60,810 nt of DNA from an uncultured Planctomycetales bacterium. GTDB taxonomy: Bacteria; Planctomycetota; SZUA-567; JAFGNG01. The position numbers and the translations under genes are program-made. The stretch lies in assembly GCA_964577825.1 (NCBI GenBank), contig CAZOBJ010000006.1, positions 1 to 60,810 of the forward strand, written 5' to 3'. This document shows positions 50,472 to 59,614 of this stretch, piece after piece (positions within the stretch are counted from its first letter, which is position 1; the number at the start of each line of letters is the position of its first letter). Below the pieces are notes generated by a model. That model searched no databases, was not told the DNA's origin, and saw only the letters and a list, made by a program, of their open reading frames with translations.

Positions 50472-52823
50472 ATGCCCACGGATACCTCCCGGCTGCACGT
50501 GGTTTGTCTCGTGGACCGCCTCGGACGAGGGGGCACCCCGGCGCACCTGCGCGTGTTGCTGCCCGCGCTCGCGCGCGCGGGCGCGCGCGTGGACCTCGTG
50601 TGCCTGGCCGACGACCAGGGGCTCGGCCGGGAGTTCACCTCGCAGGGCGTTCCGGTGCGCAGTCTGCACGTGAGGAGCCTCCTGTCTGTGCACGGCTTGC
50701 GCGCCCTGCGCGCGCTGCGGCGCACCTGCATGGCCGGGGCCGCGGACGCGACGGGCACGAGAACCGTACTCGTCGCGTACCTGTACAGCTCCGGGCTGGC
50801 CGGGGCCCTGGTTCGCGCGATCACGCCGCAGGTTCGGTTCGTGCTCGCCTGGCGCGACACGGGCCACTGGCTGGACGGACGCAGGCGGCGCCTGCTGTGT
50901 TGGGCCTCGCGCCGTGCGGACCTCTTGACGGCGAACAGCGCGGCCGTGGAGGCCGCCGCCCGCGAGCTCGCGGGCGAGGACGGCCCGCCCATCCGGCGCA
51001 TCTACAACGGCGTGCCTTTCCCTGAGGCGCCTTCGCGCGGCGCGGAGCCCGATATGGTCGGCATACTCGCCCGGTTCGTGCCGGAGAAGGGGCACGACCT
51101 CCTGGTGCGCGCCGCGGCCCGGGTGCGCGAGCGCGGCCGACCCGTGCGCCTGGTGTTCGGGGGCGAAGGGCCCGAACGAGCGGCAATCGAGCGCCTCGCC
51201 CGGGCCGAGGGCCTGGCCGGCGAGACCACGTTCCTCGGCCGGGTCGACGACGTGGACGCGTTCTATGCGCGCATCGGGTTGTATGCCGCACCCTCGCGCG
51301 CGGAGGGGTTCAGCAACGCGGTGCTCGAGGCCATGGCCCGGGGCCTGCCCGTGGTGGCCGCCTCGGTCGGGGGCCTGCCCGAGGCCGTGCGCGAGGGCGA
51401 GACCGGTCGGCTCGTCGCGCCCGAGGACCCGGACGCCCTGGCCGACGCGATCGAGACCCTGGTCGCGAACCCCGAGCTCGCCCGCCGCATGGGCGCGGCC
51501 GGACGCCGCCGCGCGGCGCAATCTTTCTCCGTAGAGCGCATGGCCGAGGGCACCCTGGCCGCCCTGGCCGAGGCCGCGGGCCTGGACGAGCCCGCGCCGC
51601 GCGCGCACGTGGGGTATGTGGCGAGCCAATTCCCCCGGTACGACGAGACCTTCCTCGCGCGCGAGATGCTTGCCGTGCGCCGCGCCGGGACCGAGGTGAC
51701 GATCTTCTCCGTCAAGCCGTGCCGCGACGCGGTGGTCCATCCCGAGGCCCGGACCCTGGCCGAGCGCGTGGTGCACTGGCCGCTTGTGGGCAGCCTGCGC
51801 GTATGGGCCGGATTCGCGCGCGCGGCCCTTCGTCACCCCGTGCGCTGCACCCGCGCCCTGGCCGAGCTCATGCGCCACAGCACGCCAAGCGGCGGGCTGC
51901 TCGTGCGCGGACTCGCGGCCTTTCCCCAGGCCTGCGCGTACGCGGGCGAGGCCGCCCGGCGGGCATGCACGCACCTGCATGGGACCTGGGCCACGCACCC
52001 GGCGGCCATGGCCCTGGTCATGCATCGGGTCACGGGGCTGCCCTGGAGCTTCACCGGGCACGCGCACGACATCTACGTGGACACGACCGGCCTCGCCTAC
52101 AAGCTGCGCCGCGCCCGGTTCGCGCTCACCTGCACCGCGGCGAACAAGGACTATCTGCTCGGGCTCGCGCCCGGCCTGGACCCACGGCGCGTGCAGGTAA
52201 GTTACCACGGTTTGGACTTGCGTGAGGCGTACACCCCCTCCGCGCCGCCTCCGGGGCCGCCCTTTCGGATCGTGACCGTGGGGTCGCTCTTCGCCTGCAA
52301 GGGGCACGACCGCCTGCTTCGCGCTCTGCGCCTGCTCCTGGACCGCGGCGTGGCGGCCCGGCTCAGGATCGTGGGCGGCGGCCCGCTTGAAGGACAGATC
52401 AAGGATCTTGCGCGCGAGCTCGACCTGACGGCGTCGGTCACCCTCTGCGGGTACGTGAGCCAGGATCGCATGCCCGATCAGTACCGGGGCGCGCACGCCT
52501 TTGCGCTCGCGGCCGTGCCCGAAATCCACTGGGGCATCCCCAACGTGGTGGTGGAGGCCATGGCCTGCGCGCGGCCCGTGGTCGTGACCGCCCTGCCCGC
52601 GCTCCGTGAGGTCATCCCGAACGACGAGGCGGGGATGCTGGTGCCCGCGGCCGAGCCCGAGGCCTTTGCCCGGGCATTGGCGCGCCTGGCCGCGGAGCCT
52701 GAGCTTTGCGTGCGCATGGGCCGAGCGGCGCGTGCGCGCGTGGAGCCCCTCTTCGACCTGACGCGCAACGCGCGGCAAGTCGCGGGCCTCTTTCGCACCC
52801 ACGGACCGGAGGGCCCGGTGTGA
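50472..52823 (+). CDS. tandem GT4-GT4 glycosyltransferase fusion (second domain WcaL-like), 783 aa
   Basis: Domain 1: GRGGTP, NGV, EKG and EGFSNAVLE. Domain 2 from about 51604: VGYVASQFPRYDETF, HLHGTWAT, HAHDIY, YHG and WGIPNVVVE. Confidence 0.88.
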   Translation: MPTDTSRLHVVCLVDRLGRGGTPAHLRVLLPALARAGARVDLVCLADDQGLGREFTSQGVPVRSLHVRSLLSVHGLRALRALRRTCMAGAADATGTRTVLVAYLYSSGLAGALVRAITPQVRFVLAWRDTGHWLDGRRRRLLCWASRRADLLTANSAAVEAAARELAGEDGPPIRRIYNGVPFPEAPSRGAEPDMVGILARFVPEKGHDLLVRAAARVRERGRPVRLVFGGEGPERAAIERLARAEGLAGETTFLGRVDDVDAFYARIGLYAAPSRAEGFSNAVLEAMARGLPVVAASVGGLPEAVREGETGRLVAPEDPDALADAIETLVANPELARRMGAAGRRRAAQSFSVERMAEGTLAALAEAAGLDEPAPRAHVGYVASQFPRYDETFLAREMLAVRRAGTEVTIFSVKPCRDAVVHPEARTLAERVVHWPLVGSLRVWAGFARAALRHPVRCTRALAELMRHSTPSGGLLVRGLAAFPQACAYAGEAARRACTHLHGTWATHPAAMALVMHRVTGLPWSFTGHAHDIYVDTTGLAYKLRRARFALTCTAANKDYLLGLAPGLDPRRVQVSYHGLDLREAYTPSAPPPGPPFRIVTVGSLFACKGHDRLLRALRLLLDRGVAARLRIVGGGPLEGQIKDLARELDLTASVTLCGYVSQDRMPDQYRGAHAFALAAVPEIHWGIPNVVVEAMACARPVVVTALPALREVIPNDEAGMLVPAAEPEAFARALARLAAEPELCVRMGRAARARVEPLFDLTRNARQVAGLFRTHGPEGPV

Positions 52824-54796
52824 GCGCCCCCGAGCACGGACTCCGGGTTCTCCATCTCGTGTGGGGCCTGGCCCCGGGCGGGGCCGAGCGCCAGGTCGTC
52901 ACCCTGGCCAAGGACCAGGCCGCGGACCACCGGGTGCGCGTGTGCTGCCTCTGCGAGTCCGGGCCCCTGGCCGCGGAGCTCGAACAAAGCAATGTGCCCG
53001 TGACCGTGCTCGGCAAGGGCCGCGGGCCGGACCTGCGCGCGCTCCTGCGCCTGGCGCGCCTCTTGCGCGAGCAAGAGATCGACCTCCTGCACGCGCACAT
53101 CTGGGACGCGAACGCCTACGGCCGGCTGGCCGCGGTTCTGGCCCGCACGCCCGTGCGCGTCATCCACAGGCACAGCACCTTCGGGCTGGAGCGCTGGACG
53201 CGCCGCGCCGTGGACGCGATGCTCGCGCCGTTCACGGACGCGGCCGTGTGCGTGAGCGCGCAGATCGCCCGCCGGTCCGAGCGCGCCTGCGGCCTGGGCC
53301 CGGACCAGGTGGTGCTCATCCGCAACGGGATCGAGCTCGACCGGCTAGCCTGGGCGCGCCAACGCCGCGAGCAAGGGCCGCTCCCCACGCCGCCCCGGGT
53401 GCTGGCCGTAGGCGCGCTCGAGCCGCGCAAGGACCATGCGACCTTTGTCCGCGCGGCCAACGTGCTGCTCCAGGCGGGGGTGCAGGCCCGGTTCCTGATC
53501 GCCGGGGACGGCCCGCTGCGCGACGAGCTCGCGGACCTCGTCCGGTCCCTGGGCCACGAGGAGGCGATCGAGCTCCTGGGCGCGCGGGGGGACGTGGACC
53601 GGCTCCTTGCCGAGGCCACGGTCTACGTGTCCTCCTCGCGCACCGAAGGGGTGAGCCTCGCGCTCCTGGAGGCCATGGCCGTGGGCGTGCCCGTGGTGGC
53701 CACGGCCGTGGGCGGCACGGTGGAGGTGGCCGCCGAGGGCCGCAGGCTTGTGCTCGTGCCCGCAGGCGACGCCCAGGCCCTGGCCGAGGGCATCCGCGCG
53801 TACCTGGACTGCACGGGTGTGGGCCCGGTGCTTGCCGAACGCGCCCGCACCGAGGTCGCCCGCCGGTTCGACGCGCGCACCATGACGCACCGCGTCCAGG
53901 GCCTGTACCGGGACCTGGCCGCGCGCGCCCGCGTGCCCGCCCGCGAGCGGGTCGCCCGCCTGCCCCGCCGCGCGGCGCGGTGGCTGGCCACGCGCAGGCA
54001 CCTCGTGCGCGCGCCCAGCCTGACGCGGGGGCTGCCGGCGAATACCCTACGCGTACTCACCTACCACCGCGTGCGCGACGGCGCGGTCCACGATCGATTG
54101 AGCGTGTCCACCGCACAGCTCGCCCGGCACCTCTTTCTCTTGCACCGGCACCACATTCCCGTGTTCTCCCTGGCGCAGGCCTGCGAGCGGCTCGCGAGCG
54201 GCGACCTCCAGCCCGGGGCCGTGGCTCTGACCTTTGACGACGGGTACGCCGAGCTCCTGACCGAGGCCGCGCCCGTGCTGCGCGAGTTCGGCGCCGTGGC
54301 GACCCTGTGCCTGCCCACCGCGCTCGTGGACACGGGCGGGACGATCGACCGGTACCGGGGCGAGCCCGACGCGGGTCGGCTGTTGACCTGGGACGAGGCC
54401 CTGGAGCTGCGCGACCAGGGCTGGGAGCTCGCCGGTCACGGCCGCACGCACATCGACCTCGTGGCCGCGGACCAGGCCACCCTGGAGCGAGAGGTCGTGG
54501 GCTCGCGCGCGGACCTGGCCGACCGCCTCGGCGAGGCGCCCGCGAGCTTCGCGTATCCGTTCGGCCGCCTCTCGCGCGAGGTCCTGGCTGCGGTGCGCGA
54601 GGCCGGGTACGACCATGCGGTCACCGTCTGGCCCGGGGCGAACGACGCGCACACCCCGCGGCTCGTTCTGCGGCGCACCGAGGTGAGCGGCGAGGACACG
54701 GTCGCGGACCTCGCCTGCAAGCTGCGCGGCGGGTTCGACCCCCTGCACCGGCGCATGCAGCGGGGCACGACCATGGACCCGGAGGGGGTGGCATGA
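52820..54796 (+). CDS. GT4 glycosyltransferase fused to a NodB-type (CE4) polysaccharide deacetylase, 658 aa
   Basis: GTG overlaps the upstream TGA. GT4: GGAERQ and EGVSLALLE. CE4: LTYH, TFDDG, HGRTH and FAYPFG. Confidence 0.88.
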   Translation: MSAPEHGLRVLHLVWGLAPGGAERQVVTLAKDQAADHRVRVCCLCESGPLAAELEQSNVPVTVLGKGRGPDLRALLRLARLLREQEIDLLHAHIWDANAYGRLAAVLARTPVRVIHRHSTFGLERWTRRAVDAMLAPFTDAAVCVSAQIARRSERACGLGPDQVVLIRNGIELDRLAWARQRREQGPLPTPPRVLAVGALEPRKDHATFVRAANVLLQAGVQARFLIAGDGPLRDELADLVRSLGHEEAIELLGARGDVDRLLAEATVYVSSSRTEGVSLALLEAMAVGVPVVATAVGGTVEVAAEGRRLVLVPAGDAQALAEGIRAYLDCTGVGPVLAERARTEVARRFDARTMTHRVQGLYRDLAARARVPARERVARLPRRAARWLATRRHLVRAPSLTRGLPANTLRVLTYHRVRDGAVHDRLSVSTAQLARHLFLLHRHHIPVFSLAQACERLASGDLQPGAVALTFDDGYAELLTEAAPVLREFGAVATLCLPTALVDTGGTIDRYRGEPDAGRLLTWDEALELRDQGWELAGHGRTHIDLVAADQATLEREVVGSRADLADRLGEAPASFAYPFGRLSREVLAAVREAGYDHAVTVWPGANDAHTPRLVLRRTEVSGEDTVADLACKLRGGFDPLHRRMQRGTTMDPEGVA

Positions 54797-55539
54797 CGGG
54801 CGCGCTCGTGCTCATGTACCATGCCCTCTGCCAGGCCGGGCGGTTCGCGCGCGAGGACCTGAATCCCGACGACCGGGACTACGCCCTGCCCGCGGAGCTG
54901 TTCGACAGCCACCTGCGCGCGGCCCGAGACGCGGACCGCCGCGTGGTGTGGACCTTTGACGACAGTTGGGCCAGCCACCTGCGGGTGGCCGCACCGCTCT
55001 TGGCCGGGGCGCAGGCGACCGGGGTCTTTTTCCTGACCGTGGACCAGCTCGGACGCGACCACATGCTCACTCGCGCCGAGGCGCGCGAGCTCGCCGACGG
55101 CGGTGCGCAGATCGGCGCCCACGGCATGCGCCACCGTTACTTCAACGACTGTACGGCCCACGCCCTGGCCGCAGAGCTGCGCGAGGCGCGCCGCGCCCTG
55201 GAGGACCTGACCGGCCGGCCCGTCACCTGGCTCGCCCTGCCCGGGGGACGTGGGCACCCGCGCCTGAACGACCTCGCGCGCGAGGCCGGGTACACGCAGG
55301 TCTTCGGGTCGCGGCCCGGGCTGTGGACAGGGGGCGAGTCCGTGGCCCCGCGGCTGGCCGTGACCGAACGCCTGGACGCGGACCGCCTGGCGCGCCTGCT
55401 GGCCCGGCCCGGCCGGGCGCTTGTTCCCTTGCGCGTGCGCCACGGCGCGCTGTCCCTCGCGCGCACGATGCTGGGCAACCGCGCGTACGACCGGGCGCGC
55501 GCCGCGGCCTTGACCGCATGCAGAGGACGCCGAGCATGA
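54793..55539 (+). CDS. polysaccharide deacetylase (CE4), 248 aa
   Basis: ATGA overlap; LMYH, TFDDS, HGMRH and LPGG. Confidence 0.85.
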   Translation: MTGALVLMYHALCQAGRFAREDLNPDDRDYALPAELFDSHLRAARDADRRVVWTFDDSWASHLRVAAPLLAGAQATGVFFLTVDQLGRDHMLTRAEARELADGGAQIGAHGMRHRYFNDCTAHALAAELREARRALEDLTGRPVTWLALPGGRGHPRLNDLAREAGYTQVFGSRPGLWTGGESVAPRLAVTERLDADRLARLLARPGRALVPLRVRHGALSLARTMLGNRAYDRARAAALTACRGRRA

Positions 55540-56999
55540 TCCCCCGCCGGCCCCAGACCAAGGCGCGCGTGCTGGCCGTGGTGGTGGACACCGCGCTCTT
55601 CAACCTGGCGCTTCTGGGCGGGTATCTGTTGGGCGGGCTTCCGCATGGACGGCTCCTCTTGGCCGAAGAGGCGTTCGACGCGTACCAGGACCTCTTCTGG
55701 ATTCCGCTGGTCGCGGTGCCGGCGGGCCTGTACTTCTGCGGCCTGTACCGGCGCGACCCATACCGGCTGCTCGTGCGCTCCGCGGAAAAGGCCTTCATGG
55801 GATGCGTGACCGCCACGGGCCTGGTGCTCGCGCTCACCTGGGTGTTGCGCGGGCACCTGACCGCGCTGCGCGCAAGCGACATCGCGGGCACCACCACCGC
55901 CCAGCTGAGCCGCCTGCACTGGGGCATCAGCCTCTCGGCCCTGGCCATCGCGCTCGCGCTCGGGCCCGTGGCCATCACCCTGTGGCGCTTCGGCGCCAAC
56001 CGGATGGAGAGCGCCCTGTTCGGCTGGAGCCGGGTGCGCCAGCGCCTGGTGGTCGCCGGGTGGCTGGACCCCCGCGATCTGGAGCGCCTGGGCCGCCAGC
56101 ACTCGCCCTGCTACACGATCCTCGGCCACCTGGCCCCGGACGGACCGAGCCCCGGACGACCCTCGATCCGGCGGCTGGGCAGCCTGGATGAGGCGGGCGA
56201 GGTGCTCGCGCGCGAGCACGCGGACGAGCTCCTCCTCGTGGCCAGCCAACTGGGCCGGGACCGGATGCTTGCGCTCCTCGATGCCGCGGCCGCGCACGAC
56301 GTGCGCGTCTGGGTGGTGGCCGACGTGTACGGCGCCACCCTCTCCGCAGTGGGCCCGGGCCTGCGCGACCGCCTGCCCCTCCTGGAGGTGCGCAAGACCC
56401 GAATCTCCGGATGGACCCTGGTCGTCAAGCGCCTCCTGGACATCGGGGTGAGCCTGGTGGCGCTCGCGTTCGCCGCGCCGCTTCTGCTCCTGCCCGCGTG
56501 CGTGGCCATTGTGGTCGAGTCCAAGGGGTTCCCCATCTTCAGCCAGGACCGGGTCGGCCAGGGCGGGCAGGTCTTTCGCCTGTACAAGCTGCGCACCATG
56601 GTCGCGGACGCGCCCTGGCAGGGCCCGGCCCTCACCCAGCAACACGACGAGCGCATCACCCGGATCGGGCGGCTGTTGCGGCGCACGAGCATCGACGAGA
56701 TCCCGCAGCTGTGGAACGTGCTGCGCGGCGACATGAGCCTGGTGGGCCCGCGCGCGGTGGTCCCGTACGTGGTGGCCCGCTACGAGGACTGGGAACGCGC
56801 CACCCTGAACGTGAAGCCCGGACTCACGGGCCTAGCGCAGGTCTCGGGGCGCGACGCGGTCGGGTTCCGCGAGAAGAGCCTGCTCAACCTGTACTACGTG
56901 CGCAACTACTCCCTGTGGCTGGACCTGCGCATCCTGTTCGCCACCGCCTGGGTTGTGCTAAGCGGCGAGGGCACCGGAGGGACCCCGGATCATGGATGA
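55536..56999 (+). CDS. WcaJ/WbaP-like polyprenyl phosphoglycosyl transferase (priming transferase), 487 aa
   Basis: Four N-terminal TM; KRLLD, QDRVG, YKLRTM, D.RIT..G..LR, IDEIPQLWNVLRGDMSLVGPR, KPGLTGLAQV and YVRNYSLWLD. Confidence 0.92.
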   Translation: MIPRRPQTKARVLAVVVDTALFNLALLGGYLLGGLPHGRLLLAEEAFDAYQDLFWIPLVAVPAGLYFCGLYRRDPYRLLVRSAEKAFMGCVTATGLVLALTWVLRGHLTALRASDIAGTTTAQLSRLHWGISLSALAIALALGPVAITLWRFGANRMESALFGWSRVRQRLVVAGWLDPRDLERLGRQHSPCYTILGHLAPDGPSPGRPSIRRLGSLDEAGEVLAREHADELLLVASQLGRDRMLALLDAAAAHDVRVWVVADVYGATLSAVGPGLRDRLPLLEVRKTRISGWTLVVKRLLDIGVSLVALAFAAPLLLLPACVAIVVESKGFPIFSQDRVGQGGQVFRLYKLRTMVADAPWQGPALTQQHDERITRIGRLLRRTSIDEIPQLWNVLRGDMSLVGPRAVVPYVVARYEDWERATLNVKPGLTGLAQVSGRDAVGFREKSLLNLYYVRNYSLWLDLRILFATAWVVLSGEGTGGTPDHG

Positions 57000-59538
57000 A
57001 CGCACCGCGTTCCAGCTCTTCGTCGGGGCGCTCGCGCTCCTGGGTTACACCTACGCGGGGTATCCGGTTCTCATCCTGGCCCTGGAGCGGATCCTGTACC
57101 GCCCGGTGCGCAAGCAGCCGTGCACGCCGCCGGTGACCGTGCTCTTGCCCGCGTACAACGAGGAGCACACGATCGGCGCGAAGCTCGAGAACCTGCTCGA
57201 CCTCGACTACCCGCCCGAGAACCTGCGCATCGTGGTCGCCACGGACGGAGCCACGGACCGCACCGCCCAGATCGTGCGAGACTATGCCGACCGGAGCGTG
57301 GTCCTGCACGAACACCCCGTGCGCCGAGGCAAGGCCATGGTGCTCAACGACGAGGTGCCGCAATGCGAGACGGACATCGTGGTCCTGGTCGACGCGCGCC
57401 AGCGCCTGGCCCCGGACGCGCTGCGCGCACTGGCGGCCGACTTCGCGGACCCGCAGGTCGGCGCGGCGAGCGGCGAGCTCGTGCTCCAGCCGCCCGCGCA
57501 CGGCGGCATGGGCCGCGGCGTGGGCCTGTACTGGCGGTACGAGAAGCGCATCCGCAAGGCCGAAAGCGGCATCCACTCCACGGTCGGGGCCACGGGGGCG
57601 CTGTTGGCGTTCCGCCGCGCGCTGTGGCGGGGCCTGCCCGCGCGCACCGTGGTCGACGACATGGTGCTTCCCTTCCAGATCGTGCGCCAGGGGTACCGAG
57701 TGGTCCTGGAGGAGGACGCGCTCGTGTTCGACCGGGCCGGCGACTCGTGGGAGCGCGAGTTCGTGCGCAAGTCCCGGACCCTGGCGGGCAACTTCCAGAT
57801 CCTGCGCCATCCCATGCGCATGGCCGCGCCGCTGTTCAATCGGCTCACCTTCCAGTACCTCTCGCACAAGGTGCTGCGCCTGCTGGGCCCCCTGGCCCTG
57901 GTGGTGCTCTTCTGGTCGAACTACTTTCTGTTGCGCCACGCACAGATGCGCGACGACGCGACCGCGACCGCGGCGTACAACGCCGGCCTGCTCGTCCAGG
58001 GCCTCGCGTACGCGGGCGCGCTCGTGGGGTTCCTGGCCGAGCGGCTGCGCGCGCGCGTGCCCCTGGCGAGCCTGGCCTACAGCTTCGTGCTCACCCAGGT
58101 CGCCGTGGTGTGCGGATTCCTGCGGTTCGGATCCGGCCGCGACGACGCGGTGTGGGAGCGCACGCTGGCCGCGGACGCGGGCGGGCTGTACGAACGGCTG
58201 GTGCGGCTCGTGTTCGACTCGGTTCTGTTCTGCTTCGGGATCGCGGTCGCGTTCTACGTGCGCTACGGCGGGGCGCCGCCGCGGCACATCTTCCAGCTCT
58301 ACGAGAACCTGATCCCGCGCATGGACGTGGCCGGCACCACGATCGCGGTGCCGCTGGTCATGCTCGTGCCGCTCACGGTCCTGTACTTCTTCCGCGTGAA
58401 CGAACGGCGCACCATGGACGTGGACCCGGAGTTCGTGCTGCGCATCATCCACGCGGTAGCCGTGTGCACGCTCGTGGTGATGCTCCTCATCTACAAGTTC
58501 CGCACGAGCTTCACCATCGCGCACGAAGGCCGGGTGGCGAGCTTCCCCACCATGGTGCTTCTCCTCTCGTTCGTGATCAACAGCGCGGCGCTCTCGGCCT
58601 GGCGGCTGGGGTACAAGGCCCTGCGCTACTCGGCCCTGTCGGCCGAGGGTGCGTGGCGCTCGTCCGTGCTCTTCGCCCGCACCCGTGCGGACGCGGTGGT
58701 GCGCCGCGCCGTGGAGGCCAACCCCGCCACGCCCACGCGGCTCACGGCCATCGTCGCCCCCGAGGCCCCGCGCCCCCCCTCGGTGCAGGCGGGCGGCGAA
58801 CCGGGCCTCAACCGCACGCTCGTGGAGCGCCGCGCGGACGAGCTGCTCGTGGCCGCGGGCGCCCTCTCGCGGTCCGAGGTCCTGGGCGCGCTGGAGGCCG
58901 CCGACCGCGTGGGCGCGCAGGCGTCCCTCCTGCCCGGCGAGTACGAGCTCCTGTTCGGGGCCACGCCCCTACAGCTGCACAGCTACATCCCGGTCACGCC
59001 GCTCGAACGCAACGGAGCCGGCGAGCCCACGCGCTGGTGCAAGCGGACCCTGGATTGCACGGCCGGGCTGCTCTTCATGATCGCGGGCCTGCCCGGCGCG
59101 CTTGCCCAGGTTTTCCGACATGGCCGCGGCGCGGTGCGCGGCGTGGCCCGGCACGGCCGGCACGGGCGGCGCCTGCGCCTGCTGCGGCCCGCGTGCCCGA
59201 GGCCGAGACCCTCCGGATGGACGCGGCGCGGACTTCGCAAGTCGCTTCTGGGCTGGCACCTCTTGAAGGGAGACCTCGCCCTGGTGGGCCCGCCGGCCTT
59301 GACGCCGCGCGCGTGGCGGCGCGCGAGCGCGTTGGAGCGGCGCCTGTGCACGCAGCGCCCCGGCCTCGTGGGGCCCCGCCGGGTGGTGCTCGTGGGACGC
59401 ACGCGCCTGCGCCGGGCGCTTCGGCCCGCGCTCGTGTTGCGCGCGGCGCCCGGCGGCAGCCTGGAGCTCGCTTACACCGCCCGGTGGCTGCGGGGCCTGT
59501 GGCCGTTCTCTTCTCGATCTCGGAAAGGTTCCGGTTGA
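56992..59538 (+). CDS. GT2 glycosyltransferase fused to a degenerate WcaJ-like module, 848 aa
   Basis: GT2 motifs PAYNEE, TDGATD, VDA, DD and RK.RTLAG; then a WcaJ-type membrane domain and a remnant KRTLD...KGDLALVGP...PGLVG. Confidence 0.82.
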   Translation: MDERTAFQLFVGALALLGYTYAGYPVLILALERILYRPVRKQPCTPPVTVLLPAYNEEHTIGAKLENLLDLDYPPENLRIVVATDGATDRTAQIVRDYADRSVVLHEHPVRRGKAMVLNDEVPQCETDIVVLVDARQRLAPDALRALAADFADPQVGAASGELVLQPPAHGGMGRGVGLYWRYEKRIRKAESGIHSTVGATGALLAFRRALWRGLPARTVVDDMVLPFQIVRQGYRVVLEEDALVFDRAGDSWEREFVRKSRTLAGNFQILRHPMRMAAPLFNRLTFQYLSHKVLRLLGPLALVVLFWSNYFLLRHAQMRDDATATAAYNAGLLVQGLAYAGALVGFLAERLRARVPLASLAYSFVLTQVAVVCGFLRFGSGRDDAVWERTLAADAGGLYERLVRLVFDSVLFCFGIAVAFYVRYGGAPPRHIFQLYENLIPRMDVAGTTIAVPLVMLVPLTVLYFFRVNERRTMDVDPEFVLRIIHAVAVCTLVVMLLIYKFRTSFTIAHEGRVASFPTMVLLLSFVINSAALSAWRLGYKALRYSALSAEGAWRSSVLFARTRADAVVRRAVEANPATPTRLTAIVAPEAPRPPSVQAGGEPGLNRTLVERRADELLVAAGALSRSEVLGALEAADRVGAQASLLPGEYELLFGATPLQLHSYIPVTPLERNGAGEPTRWCKRTLDCTAGLLFMIAGLPGALAQVFRHGRGAVRGVARHGRHGRRLRLLRPACPRPRPSGWTRRGLRKSLLGWHLLKGDLALVGPPALTPRAWRRASALERRLCTQRPGLVGPRRVVLVGRTRLRRALRPALVLRAAPGGSLELAYTARWLRGLWPFSSRSRKGSG

Positions 59539-59614
59539 CCCCCTTGCGCGGGCCCGAGACCCCAGGCCGGTTTGATCGGTCGCCCTCTCGCATCCTGCGG
59601 AGACCGCACTCGCC

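Noticed and set aside
49740-52802. 1020-aa minus-strand ORF and similar long antisense ORFs elsewhere (e.g. 39419-42277, 36356-39037, 12278-14737)
   Set aside because: Shadows of well-supported genes on the other strand or frame.
59032-59538. Frameshift or pseudogene explanation for the Arg-rich end of the GT2 fusion
   Set aside because: PGT remnant motifs before and after the Arg-rich stretch are in the same frame.
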